DNA of 64,000 nt from Podarcis cretensis (GCA_951804945.1 OX638159.1:43276001-43340000); one strand, 5' to 3'. Counted from the first letter of the stretch, positions 11,598-24,309 are shown. A program made the numbers and translations. Notes: generated by a model not told the origin, from the sequence alone.

Positions 11598-12413
11598 TTG
11601 CTTCTACCTATGTGTATTATTGCTGCTGCTGCTGTCCCACCTTTTAAATCTAAATTTCAGCTTAAATTCATTTGGATGTTTTTATTTATTTAGGGTGATT
11701 AATGTTAAACTGACTGTTCCAGTTTTAAACATGGACAAAATGTACATATTCAAAATAAAATTAACATGTAGTTGCATATATGGAAAAAGTGCTCCAAAGG
11801 GAGGCTTTGCTACTTCAGACAAGTTACAATTAAAGCATTCCCCCCCCCCTTTTTGTTTTGTTTTCTAGAATGCATTTTTGAAGTTGGCTGTAGAGTAATG
11901 ATACATTTCCTTATACACTTCCCCTAATTTAATTGTCGTCACCCAGATATTTATTTTTCCAGCTTTGTTCAACAATGTATCTACCTCACTTGAGGTCTTA
12001 TTTATTTATTTAATAATATATCAAATTTAAAAATAACCTACTTTTCTAAACATGTTATATATAACTCAATATAGTTCCCAATTTAAAAACTTGATAAAAG
12101 GAAACACAGTGCAACTTTAAAAGATTATTATTTTCAACTAACAGAAGAGTAAATTTCTCTCCTCTAATAGTATTCCAGCTGGGTATGTGAATATATAGCA
12201 CTCTTCATAGTGGCAATACATCCTGTGCAACATATTTAAAAACAACAACATATTTTCAAAAGATGAAAGAGTTAAAAAGGACACAGATTTCTAAGATGCA
12301 TAAAGATTTGTTAACTTATTTAATTTTATTATTTTTTTTCTTTCCTTTTATATTGTTCAATAGAACCATTTAAGACTTAGAAAGACTGAAATTGTTTTGA
12401 ATATCATGTAAAG

Positions 12414-12551
12414 CAAACCTTGTGCGGTAGGTTAAGTTAAGAATCAATGACTGGCCCAAGGTCACCCAGTGAGCTTCATAACTGGGTGGGGACTGGAACC
12501 CTGGTCCCCCAGTTCTTAGTCCAGCACTTGAACCACTCCACTGCACTGGCT
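12414..12551 (-). mobile_element. tRNA-derived SINE (Squam3-like), 5' portion
   Basis: TGACTGGCCCAAGGTCACCCAG...GAACCC...AACCACT..ACTGGCT, homologous to the full copy at 42785-43079. Confidence 0.65.
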
Positions 12552-14662
12552 GTCTTGGATTACTTTATTTAAAGCAAACTGCTACTTTGAGTTCTCCACA
12601 TTGTCTGTGACTTTAGTAGTGGTCTTGAATGAGAGTGATATCCATGCTGACATTTTCTCAGAAATTGTAAGAGAAATCTTGGCTCCTACCAGCAGGAATT
12701 GCTGGACGCCCACTCTCCTATAATATGCCAAAGTTCCACTTGAACTTGTGGAATGGTTTCAACCAGCACCTTGCAGATCTGATTTATGGTTGAATTTTGT
12801 GTATGGGAGTCTTTGAGGTAAGCGATGCATATTCATATATACCATGGGTGGAAATTAGTATTGTTTGTGCAGGATACAATTTCACGGCCTACAATAGAAG
12901 GGAGCTCTGTCTTTCTCATCAGATGAACCCTGCAAAGGTTTTGCTATTGAGGTAATACATCTCTGTATTTTGGAAACTATTTTCAGGCGCAAGCCAGGAT
13001 AGGGATAGAGTTTCTCTTTATACAGAGCACTGAAATAAGATCTTCAGATGTTTTCAAATTTGCTGTCTTTGAGTTGGAGAACAGAAAACATCGCTTCAGT
13101 TTTTAGGTTATATATGTTCAAAAGCAAAACAATCTGAGTAGTGGGAGGCTTGATTAATTGGCTTCTTTGCATTTAGTGCAATTGAGGCAGTACTTGGCAA
13201 TCAAGCATAAAAATGGAATTTACAATCCTGATCCAGCCTGACAGACTCTTAATTGCAGCGTGCATCAAAAAGTTTCTCCAGAGATAGCTCTGCAGAGTTG
13301 TTTAACCAGGTCTTTGGGTCAGTTTTGACTAGGAAGATGAATTGGTGGGTAGCTCATAACATTTTGCAAATATTTCAATTTGATAAAGGGTTTGCCTGTA
13401 ACTTCAGAGGACTTGCTGCATAGGAAATGGTGCCTTCAGAAGCATGAAGGGTGGTTTTCTTCCAGCTCTTCTGGAATCACAAGTGACAGGAATGGAACGC
13501 AAGTTTTTGAAACTGATGTTTTTAATAGAGGAGAACTCATATTGGTTACAGGAAGCAGCCAGTGCTGTATACCTGTTGCTTTGAGGCCCAAGTAAGAAAT
13601 TTTGAATGATCACCAGTAACATTCCCATTGAGGGTGGCAATATTGTCAAAGTCAATTCTGAATAATAGAATCATAGAATTGTGGAGTTGGAAAGGACGCT
13701 GAGGATCATCCAGTCTAAATGTTTTTTCCCCCTGCCCAATTTCAGTTGCTGGATTGCATTTCCTAAAACTGAAAAGACATTGCAATGGTCATTAGTGCGA
13801 TATGGAATGTTGTGATGCCCTATATATCGTAGATGGCTTTTAAGAAATAATAGGCCATTTGCCAGTGTCTGCTGAAGGCAGGAGTGCTGGGATAGATAGA
13901 TTGTGGGCTGATCCATCAGATATGGTCATTACTCAGAGCAAGCTGTTGTTTAATGCTGGCTCTTTAAAACAGAAACAGAAAAATGCTCACTTAAGTCAGC
14001 TTTCTGAAATAATGCTTTTTTTGGGGGGGGGAATCCATACTTTGTGTCTTCCGTTAGCTTGGATTGTGGTTATAGTTCTGGGGTTAGAACTACAGGCTTG
14101 CTCTAATATTCATGTAGTAGATTTCTTATGAGCAAAAGCACTCTTTAATCTATCATGTACATGCTCAGAGGTGCTCTTTGTAGCAGAAATGTCATTTTAA
14201 AATAGATTCCACATGAGCTGTGGTTCAAATGTAAACCTTGGGAAGAGTACAAACTTCTCATATTTAGTAGTCCCATTGTTGATAAGCCACAGTACTTCCG
14301 TTTTATTTTAGCAGCTAATGGTAGTTGTGCCAAAATAAGTGCATGATGTACACTGAATTATAAACCCATTGGGTTCTTAAAAATACCAATTAATCTTACT
14401 TTTACTGGGAAAATGTGAAAATAGCTTTCTGCTTAGCAGGTTAGCACATTACTGAGAAAATTAGCATTTGCAGTCCAGCAGACCCCTGGCAACCAGCTGA
14501 ACACAGCTTCTGGATGTGGTTGACAGAGGAATCTTAAGGGGAATCCCACTGATGGGCATTTGTAGGAGCTCCATACTGCTGAAGCAAAATGTTCTGAAAT
14601 GCTGTGACCAAATACTTAAACTGTGCTTAAACAGTCCATGTTGCATATAAACAGTCCCGTTA

Positions 14663-15689
14663 CCGTATTTTTCGCACCATAGGACGCACTTTCCCCCTCC
14701 TAAATAGTCAGGGAAAATGTGTGTGCATCCTATGGAGCGAATGCAGGGGGGAGGCAGGCGGGAAAAGCCCCCAAGAGCCGCACACAAGCTTCGTGTGCTT
14801 TTGCGGGCTTTTCCCCAGGAGGGAGAAGGGACTGACTGGCCGCATCAGTCCCTTCTCCCTCCTCGGGGAAAAACCCCCAAGAGCGGCACCCCCTTTAAAG
14901 GCTGTGCGGCTCCTGCGGGCTTTTCTACGAGGTGGGGAAATCTTCCCACCTCCCAGAAAAGCCAGGAGAAGCTGCACAGCCCCTTTAAAGAGCGTGCGGC
15001 TTCTGCGGGAGGTGGGGGAAGCTGCAGCAGATTCCCTCCTCCCGGGCTCCCTTTGAAGCGGCAATGTGGGAGGGGAGCAGCTCCTCTCCCACTTTCCTGC
15101 TTCAAAGCAACTACGGAGGAGGGAAGGAAGGGGACCATGGATCCTCCGCTGCTGACGGCTGCAGTGGATTCCCTCCTCCGTGATTGCTTTGAAGCAGGAA
15201 AGTGGGAGGGGAGCAGCTTACACTTGTGTAAGCAGCTACTCTCCCACTTTCCTGCTTCAAAGTGGAGGGAATCCACTGCAGTTGCGAGCAGAGGATCCAT
15301 GGCTCCACTTCCTTCCCTTGAAGCAGGGTGCGGGGGTGCAGGGGGGAAAGACGGCAGGAAATAGATGCCGGGCAGGAAGACACAACCACACTTTGACCAC
15401 TGAAAGTCCACCCCAGCCTCCCCAGATTTCCACTGAGACGGCCAGGCTAATCTTGATGGCCATAAGTCTGGCTCAGCATTATTAACTGGACTTAGATAAG
15501 CCATGGTTCCCCTTCCTACCCTCCTCTGAGGCTTGATTTAAAGCAGCAAAGTGGACAGGAGCCGCCCACTTTGCTGCTTTAAATAGTTTAGTGCAACATT
15601 TTATCCAGAATATTTTTTTCCGTATTTTCCTCCTCTAAAAACTAGGTGCGCCCTATGGTCAGGTGTGCCCTATAGAGCGAAAAATACGG
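14663..15689. mobile_element. Non-autonomous Tc1/mariner-superfamily (Tc2/pogo-type) DNA transposon, about 1 kb
   Basis: About 27-bp TIRs CCGTATTTTTCGCACCATAGGACGCAC / GTGTGCCCTATAGAGCGAAAAATACGG, flanked by TA TSDs (14661-62, 15690-91). GC-rich interior with no recognisable transposase. Confidence 0.9.
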
Positions 15690-17489
15690 TAATGTAATCT
15701 GTAAGTTTTGTAAGAATTCTGTCTTCTGGATCCAGTTACCTATATTCTTCCTTTTCTCATTGAGGGTGAGGTGGGGAACTCTGTTAGAAAGCTATTTATG
15801 GAAAGAAAACAAACTCCGTTGGCCATGTTTGCATAGGACATTAAACCAGACTTTCTGCTTTGTTATGATTTATTGAGAACAAGGAGCATGCAAGTACAAT
15901 TGTTCCCACTTCACTCCTCCCTTAACGTGAGGAGCTGAAACAAACCAGGATGCATGGGCTTCATGTTACCTCCTAACCAGGGATTGTATTTTGTTGTTCC
16001 CTAACAAGCTACGATCAGCAACACAAGAACAAACCATTGCTCCACGTTGGCTAGCAATCTTGACTTGCTAGGGAGAAACAAACCATGATCCTGGTTCAGA
16101 TGTAACTTCCTGGGATTTTTGATTGTTTGCTTGTTTTGCTCAAGGGAAGATCATTGCTTGATGTCAGTAATCTATGATAAGCCAGAAAGGCTGACTTCTC
16201 ATTTATGTTTGATACGACCATTGTGTTCTAACCTTTGCTTCATTGTAGTCTCTGTGTCCTTGGGAAAGTCATTTCTGCATTAAGACACAGAGGAGGATGG
16301 GAAGTCTATTTTCCACCCCAGAAAAGAATTGGCAATGTTTTCTCTTGTATCATGTATTGCTCTGATAAAAGTCACTACATCTGGAGATAGTGGGTGATTA
16401 GCTTGTTTTCTCTTAATGGATCTTAGAATACAGGTATAGAGAAACACACTCTTTTTTTGTACACAAACAGCAATTGCAAATCTTGAACTCGCTGTGATAC
16501 TCTGGTTATTTACAAATGTAAGTCAATACACAGAACATGAATTGAGAGTGGTTGCTATAGCTCTTCTCAGGAATCTGCACTTGTACTTTGAGCATAAGAT
16601 GGCCTTTCCTAATGATTTAAGAAGAGAATATGCTGTGCAGTTTGTTCTTTTTAAGAATGCATAACTATTTAAATCATGTTGTGACTCTGAAAACCTGAAG
16701 AATAAGAAACGCACATCTTTCATGTTTGGCTTCCAGTAAGTTGCAGAGTAAGTTGCAGAGATAGTCTGTCCAGTAAGTTGCAGAGATAGTCTGTCTCAAC
16801 ATAAGGACAACAATAATCCCAGGAGGCATAGTAAGCAGTGAACGAAACAATAGTTGTGTTGGTTAAGTTTCAGGAAGGATTACAGTTTGGCCTGTATGTT
16901 ATGGCAGCTGATGCCCACTGGATCTGGTGGGGCCACTAAGAGATCACAGGGTTGTGGCCAAGTTCTGGTTCTCCCCCCCCCCCCAACACCCTCCCTTGCA
17001 AAGATGCTATAGTAGACATTTAAGCAGAGCTATTTTACAAACAGTCAACACCTTACTAAACTGGAAATAAATGTTTTATTTTGGTTCAGAAGGGGTCCCT
17101 GCTGCCACAATTGCGTCTCTGCTGGGATTAAAAAAAACCAAGGTTCTTTTTCGCCTGTTCTGGTTGTTTTCCTATCCTACTCCTTTGCAAAGAAATAGTG
17201 GACACTTAAACATTGCAATTCTGTGACTACTTAGCACTAAGGGTCTGTCTTCAGAAGGAGTCCTCGCTTTCACAATTTGTAGTGTGTATTCATGCCACAA
17301 TAACTGTACATTACTCAGAGGGTAAGGCCCTCTGAATTCCATGGGGATTCAGTCCCCCCTGGTAAGTATATACAGGATTGCAGCCCTAATGAGTTAATCT
17401 TAAAGGTACCACACGGGACTGGTAATAAGGGACTCCAGGCTATGGAATAAAATCCAGGAATATTAAGTGGACTAGGAACTGGTACTAGC

Positions 17490-17935
17490 AGTGAGGGTTA
17501 TCAATTGAAGTTGGAACATTCAGGATAAAAGGAAGTACTTATTCACACAGTAAATGGACTTTGCTATTATAAGGATGTAGAAATGGTTGACAATTTAGAT
17601 TGCTTTAAAAGTGGATTAGACAAGATCATGATGAGATGGCCATCATTAGCTGCTAATCATCAGTATCAGAGGCAGCATGCTTCTGAATACCAGTTTCTGG
17701 GGATCATGAGTTGGAGATTACTGGATAGCTCAGTTGGTTAGAGTGTGGTGCTGATAACTCCCAAGGTTGCAGGTTCGATCCCCATAGGGGACAGCTGCAT
17801 ACTGCTGCAGGAAGTTGGACTAGGGTCCCTTCCAATTCTATGATTCTATTAAAAACTGTTTTTCACATGCCCTACCTATGGACTGCTCATATACATCAGT
17901 TTGGCTACCGTGACATGGAATGTTCATTTGTGGCA
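17490..17935 (+). mobile_element. CR1 LINE 3' fragment interrupted by a SINE
   Basis: CAGGATAAAAGGAAGTACTTATTCACACAG...TTTAAAAGTGGATTAGACAAG...CAGAGGCAGCATGCTTCTGAATACCAG, a typical CR1 3' region. Similarity resumes after the SINE. Confidence 0.65.
17721..17850 (+). mobile_element. tRNA-derived SINE with CR1-type (ATTCTATG) tail
   Basis: Pol III A box TAGCTCAGTTGG and B box GGTTCGATCCC, then GTTGGACTAG..GGTCCCTTCCAATTCTATGATTCTAT tail. Confidence 0.8.
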
Positions 17936-19893
17936 AACGTAGATTTCTTGCAGCATAATGTGCCAGGTGGTCACTTGCTCACTTGCCCCATCTCACTATT
18001 CTGGAAACAGCTTGGAAGATCCACCAAAAATGTTTCCAGTGTTGTTCCATCTGTTCCAGCCCTCTCACTTTCATGCCCTTTCTCCCTGCCCTGGATTCAA
18101 CCTCTGCTCTCTTCTAATTGTGTGAAATGTGAGTTTGTTGTAACAGGCTTACTACATAACATAATTATGTTATGCTTAACATAATTGGGTCACATTATTA
18201 CTATGTGGAACGTAAAGCTGTCAAACTCAGGTTATTTAAACAGAAAGCACGTGACATTTATGAAATGTCTGCAGAGCTTCTTTAGGGGATACAGAGCTTT
18301 ACAGTAAAAACGGACATACCCCAGAACTACAAAATCCAGTGTGCAGACTATGTCAAGGTATTAAAATCCTAACTTCCCACTGTCTTGATGGTGCTTTTCA
18401 GATGGATCCCATTAGATGCTTTTCAACATGTATATGTGCATGGGAAGAATCCATGCTAGATTATTTCCTGCTTCGTGGCCCCACAAATAGGTTTTGGTGC
18501 AAGTCATCCTTGTGTTAGAGGCTCTTTCACAGCCCTAAATAGCTTATTCTAAAAAGAAGTGTCAACATTAGACTTAATGAGCCAGAGTGAGAAGTCAAAA
18601 TAAAATATGCACTCTTGGTTTGTATTATCTGACTTGTTGAAATAAACCCTTCCAAGAGAAAAATATGTGAAGCCAGTTGTCATGAAACAATAATATACAT
18701 CCTGACAGCTCTGGAGGCCTGATGTATGGCTGCTACTGGGATGATTTAAGTCTTTTAAGAATGTGATGAAGGAGAGGGGAGAGAGACAATAAAGTAAGGG
18801 CTAGATGTTTCCACCAGTGGGGTACTTTCACTTTGGGGAATGCTTATTTATCCAGTGGTGGGGTTGGGGACTGGTGGGTGGGAAAGGTGGCAGGGTGGAG
18901 ACCAAGGGAGTTTACGCTCATCAGCACTGGAGTGGAGTCTGGAACGAACGTTCAGGCTCTTGGCTGGCAGGGGAGACGGAATGTTCCGAGTCAGAGCTGC
19001 TTTTGGAAGAAGGGGGTTAGCTGCCTGCAAAGGAATGTTTAGCAGGCCTTTCTATTGTCTGTTTCTCCATCCCTCTGCCTCTCTCTGTTTAATGTATTAA
19101 AACTGGGGCAGGAGGAGGGAAAAGAGAAAACAAATGTGTGTGCAGCTGACAGGTTAATAAGTGACAGATACTATTTCCAGCTGGGATCTGGATGGAGTAG
19201 TAGGTAACTTTTGCTGAAGCTGCACCGAGGGATATCGTTTTGGTCATAGTAGTCTGTGTGCCGGGACGAGCGTGATGTGTTTGTGATATGAATAAACTGA
19301 AGCACAAACACGGGAGCCCCTATAATGTAGTCAACACATGGATATTTATAAAGCAGAATGCTGTTTCTCAGTCGTGGCAAACTTGTATCCAAGAGCAGAA
19401 AACTAATCATGATAGTCCCCAATTTTAGGGTTAGCTCTGTCGTGAATTTTCCTAGGCAAGTTGTTTGCCCTCTGCCAATCCCACCCCACCCCTCCACCAG
19501 TATTGCAAGGATAGTAAGACCAAGCCTTACCACTGAGGTGGGGAACCTCCAGACCACAGGTCCAGTTTGGCCAGCCAGGGGTCGCAATTTCTCCCATCAG
19601 GCTACTCCTAGGAAACCACACCCACCTGCTCCACACCTTAGGTCATATGTGGCATCATGTGTAGCGCAGGTACTAACATGGCTTCAAAGGAAAAATTGGA
19701 AGCTTTAAATTGATATTTTCATGTTACAGGAACCATACTTTGGAGCTCCCAGGTGGGCACATTCACTGAACTGTTTTCTGTGCCTGCTAAAAACATTTCC
19801 ACCCAGCCTTTCTGAAAGCCTACTCAGATGTGTAAAATATTTCCATGTGTTTTTAATCTGCCATTAATTTTAATTATTTCTTCAATGCTTTAT

Positions 19894-20020
19894 CAGTGTT
19901 TCTCAAACTTGGGTTCCCAGGTGTTGTTGGACTACAACTCCTATCATCCCTAGCTAGCAGCACCTAGTGGCCAGGGATGATGAGTCCCAAAACACCTGGG
20001 GACCCAAGTTTGAGAAATGA
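19894..20020. mobile_element. Palindromic hAT MITE inserted in an L2-like 3' fragment (about 19725-20120)
   Basis: Arms CAGTGTTTCTCAAACTTGGGTTCCCAGGTG / CACCTGGGGACCCAAGTTTGAGAAA. Core GGACTACAACTCCTATCATCCCT. Confidence 0.75.
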
Positions 20021-20570
20021 CCTCTTTAAATAGTTGTTTTTACTGATAACCTGATTGTGTCATTCTTTTTGGAAATTGACTTGAGGTGTTTTGTTTTAAA
20101 CAGTCAAACAGTATATACATTTTAGGGGGGGAAAGTAAGAGTGAGTTTCCGACTATTCCTTTGCTGGAGAGTGGCATACTCCCACTGCTCACCAGTTTAT
20201 CCTAATGGGCATTGAGAGCATGTCTTGCTCTAGGATCAGGAAAGGGCTTGCATTGAAACCCCTTTTAAAATGGTTCCTCAGTTGATGCAACAGGCAGAGA
20301 AATCATTAAACCATCATCCATTACCCTCAACAATTTTCAAGTGGGCTGTTGGGGGCGGGGGGGGGGGAGTTTGGGAATCACTGGTGCAGATATACTGAGC
20401 TTGATGTACTAGTGCCCTAACTCAGTATAAAGGAGCTTCCTGTGTGAGCTTTGCTGAAGCTTTATTTTGCAAATCAAAGGTGAACTTTGTTATACAATTG
20501 CAGTGTGTCAAAATCTTAATGATGTATGTATAAATTGTAATAAGTATGTGGGCATTCTCTTGTTTTTCAG

Positions 20571-20628
20571 ACTGTCGTTTTACTCTGGACATTCTTCGTT
20601 TTCCATGTATTGCTTGCTCTTCCTAGCA
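20571..20628 (+). CDS. PLPP1: Phospholipid phosphatase 1, exon 4 (C2 motif SGH)
   Basis: 58-nt exon (R)LSFYSGHSSFSMYCLLFLA. TTTTTCAG acceptor, GTAAGT donor. Confidence 0.95.
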
Positions 20629-23281
20629 GTAAGTATACTTTTTAGCAGCCAGTTATGATGGGTTGGTTTTTTTGTTTTGCTTAAAAAATCTGTTTATGTT
20701 GCATAGCATGAAGCTAAAACATTTGCTGCATCAGCATTTCATTTGGGCTGTTTGTGCAGAGGAAGCATTAAAATGAAAAAGACTGGGGTGGGGTGGATGT
20801 TTGCTCTGAGATCTTTTCACTTGACGGTTGGAATATTTGACCACTGCATGTTAGGTAGGCTTTTCCTTAAATTGTCCAGGGAGTCTTTGTGTGAAGGCCA
20901 GTTCAAGCTTTTTTTTTGCTACCCTAGGTGGAAGTCTCGGAAAGTGCATCCCAGGACCACCTGTGACATTACAGAGGGTACCAGGACGCTTTCCGTTAGT
21001 GTCAGCTATCAGCCACACCAGCAGTGATTCAAGACCCGGGACTAATGCACAGCTTCTGATATGGAAGGCACCTTTGAAGTGTGACACCCTAGGCAGCTGT
21101 CTACTCTGCCTGTCTGGCTGAGCCTATCCTGAAAAGTGAGCAGCTCATAAAATGCAGCAGAAGTGCTTAGGCACTTCAGTAAGCAGCATGGCCAGGCTCG
21201 CTTTGCAGGGGGAGAGTCTCTTTTTCCCTTTCTACCTCTGGCAAACTAAGCTTGTCAGAAGCACTAAGAACTCATTCTAACTGAGAGCCCTAGGCATTCT
21301 TTTTGTAACTTCATGCTTTGCTCTGAGTGATTTGGGTAGGCTTAGCATGAGGCAGGGAGTGTGATGCAGATGATGGTCTATCCAGTGCAACCAGTCTCTA
21401 CTTTAAGCAAACAAAGCAAGGAAGGAAGCAGGGGATGGGAATCCGCCCATCAAATGTTTTACAGGCTTCAGCAACATAAATACTAATTTATGACTGCCAT
21501 CCAATCTTGATAAGCTACATTCTAGCTGTTTGTTGCTCTTTGTTTTTGGCCAGGAGAGAAGTAACTACCAAAGCAGATGGGACAATCTAGTCAAAATGGA
21601 GACTTTAGCTTTATGTCTGTGTATTTAAGCAAACAAAACGAATACAAAAAATGTCCACACTTTTTCTGTGGGGTGTGTAGGAATGAATATTGCAAGTTAT
21701 TCCCAGCATGGTTCTGTGGACATGTAGCTATCAGAACCTGAAAAACTAAAACTGTTAAAAACAATGCTTTATAATTTTGCGTAGAAAGGTTTCTTGCTGT
21801 AGGATTGTTCCCAGGAGGAAAATATTTGTGGTTTTTTAAGAGCACTTAATTTGCAGTGTTTATTTTATTATTTCTCTGAAGCATTTCAAAGCTGCTTCAA
21901 CTCCCAACAGAATGACAAGCCTGATCATCTAGCCTGTAGTGACATTAATAAAAATACCTCCTTTTTTTTTTTTTTGGTTGGGAGCCATAGTTAAGCATTG
22001 ACTGATTCTTTCCTGAAATCAGACCTCTTATTTTTGTTGTTGTTCTTGGAGCCTATAAATTGTAGGCTTCCAAGTGAACCTTCTTTACAGTATATGGAAT
22101 AAAATTATCCAGTCATGGACAGTGGCAGTACTACTGACAGTGGTGTCTTAAAAGTCTCTGCTGGCTCTGACCGATTTGAGCCGTGCTATAGAACTGTCCT
22201 GTGTCCAGCTGCTCTGCCTGGCAGCTGCAGGGAAATTTTCTGGCACTGCTACTGAAAAATCCATCAGCTGGAGATGTTTGGTACTGAAACCAGAGCCTTA
22301 TGCGTGCAACGCATGTGCTCCAACACTGTCATTTCAATGCAAAGAACATTGATGCTTCCAATGCTTATATCTATCCAAGGGTGTATTAATTATTATATAG
22401 TCTTAGTAAGTTGAGGAGTCAGCCCAAAATCAGAGGGATGAGTGACTCTCATCAGTTTTGCATGGCAAAGTGAACAGGCTTCACACTTTTAGGAGACTTT
22501 GGTGTGCTGAGCTAGTCTTGCGAATGCCTCCATGCATGCCCAGATCACAGCTAGCCACATAAAACATTCTACAGAAAAATAGGTTGAATTGAGATGTACT
22601 AAGCTGTGTGTGGTATGTGCTGGACAATTTTGAAGACTGGTTTAGTTGTTCAGCATAACAGACAAGTCTTATCTTAGGTTGACCTTGGCACATTGGCGGG
22701 GGAAATGCTACCTTTACAAGCAGACCAATCTAATCCTTGACATCTTTATAATGTATTCTAATGATGGTGTAGTAATTGGGTCTCTCCTACCCCACGAGTA
22801 TTAACAAGGATGAGCTAAAGAGAGCCTTGAGAATTTATATGGAACTTCTCCCTGTTTGGATTGCTCTCAATCCTTAATGAGTTAGTGGCTATGTCTTGTG
22901 CAATAAGAAAGGGCTTACCCCAAGGCTGGTTCTGCCTATTATTGCAATTTGCTGCTTACAAGATACAGATGTGATCATCTTTCCCTCTACGTATACATTT
23001 CATGGCTCCTAACTTTTCCATGTGGCAACACAGAGTTCTGCCAATGGCCCCATGTCAAGTCTTATGCATCTGATAAACCCTCCCCCCAAAAAAAAGTACT
23101 TTCTGATCAGCTTCAACTTGCCATTTGCATGCTTGACTCCAGCTGCAGTTGTGTGCTGCTCGGGACTCCCCAGTTCCTAACATGTGGCATTACTCACAGC
23201 CTGGGTTAATCATAACCAGACGCCTGAAATTTCAGCCTCCTGAGGGCTGGAGGAATCTGACTTATGTTAGTGTGACTGACT

Positions 23282-23286
23282 GCGCG

Positions 23287-23317
<31 letters not shown>

Positions 23318-23327
23318 ATACACACAC
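23282..23327. repeat. (CG)n(CA)n alternating purine-pyrimidine tract
   Basis: GCGCGCGCGCGCGC followed by (CA)n. Confidence 0.9.
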
Positions 23328-24309
23328 AAAAACAAAACCCAACCAAAAAGGCTATGACAGTACATTGGCAACTAGATTACAGCTCTGCCAGGATGACTGG
23401 AGGAACCAATAGAATTTCCCCAGACTCTCCTCAGCCCGTTGCCATTCACTTCAAACTATACCCCTTAACTTCTTCCAGATTGCAATGTTGCAGCTTCTTT
23501 TCTGCGGGAGTGTCTGCTCTGGCCTTCAGGTAGATCCCACAGTTTGTCAGTTACTTAAATCAGCTTGCTGAACCACAAGCCCAGGATTGTAACAGCCACA
23601 GTCTGTGTCAGTGTTAATTCCTTTTATCCCTCCCTCTCCAGTAACACTGATGCTGCTGTAACAGGCAATTTAGATTTGAATTGTGGTCTTAGAAAAGCAT
23701 TTAAGACCTTTTTTTTTTACACCTGGAGGTGGTCATTAGGGTGATAGGTTTCGACAGCAACAGTGGGGACACACCCACACATCTCCCTTGCATGTTTGCT
23801 TGCTTACTTCTACTCATTAGAAATATCTGGAGATATTTGTCAGTTGAGCTGAAGAAGTTTCATTTTCTGTAGTGTTCCCTTTTCAAGGGAGGTGACATGC
23901 TAGGATAAATGTGCTCACAACTAGGAGTAATCTGTGTCTGGAGAGGTTGAGCTGTTTAATCCTCTGCTCTTGAATCCCTTCCACTGTTGGCTGATATATC
24001 CCGAGTTATTTATGTGTGACCAAGCAACACCACAGCTTGCTTAGCTGATGTACTTGTGTGTTTCTGTTAATTCTTACGTTTTCTAAAATGCTTTGGATGT
24101 TCACAATAGGAAAAAGATAAGAGTCGAGTCCTTCCTCCCTTAATTAATCAGTTAATTCAGTTGAGACTTGTAACCTTAATAATATATTTTGTGTGCAGAT
24201 ATCCATGGCTAGCAATATCCATAGCTCCAGTGTTGTGGTTTCAGCAGTGAGTGCACCCATCTGTCAGTTTTCACAGAGACGCATGTCACTCACTACTAAC
24301 ATTCCTACT

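Noticed and set aside
14708-15504. Long overlapping ORFs (215 aa +, 219 aa -)
   Set aside because: They lie inside a GC-rich, internally repeated non-autonomous transposon. No DDE/HTH transposase motifs or other homology; low stop density follows from base composition.
16733-16796. Short direct repeats (CAGTAAGTTGCAGAG) that superficially resemble a repeat-spacer array; similar cases at 30512, 36686, 44603, 44948
   Set aside because: Only 2-3 adjacent copies without unique spacers, in vertebrate intronic DNA with no cas genes. These are slippage duplications, not CRISPR.
17721-17790. tRNA-like sequence with A and B boxes
   Set aside because: Continues directly into a SINE body and CR1-type tail, and the acceptor stem does not pair; it is a SINE head, not a tRNA gene.
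18244-18357. Possible cryptic plus-strand exon (AAACAG...AAG|GTATTA) as a missing PLPP1 exon
   Set aside because: Stops in all three frames and no similarity to PLPP1.
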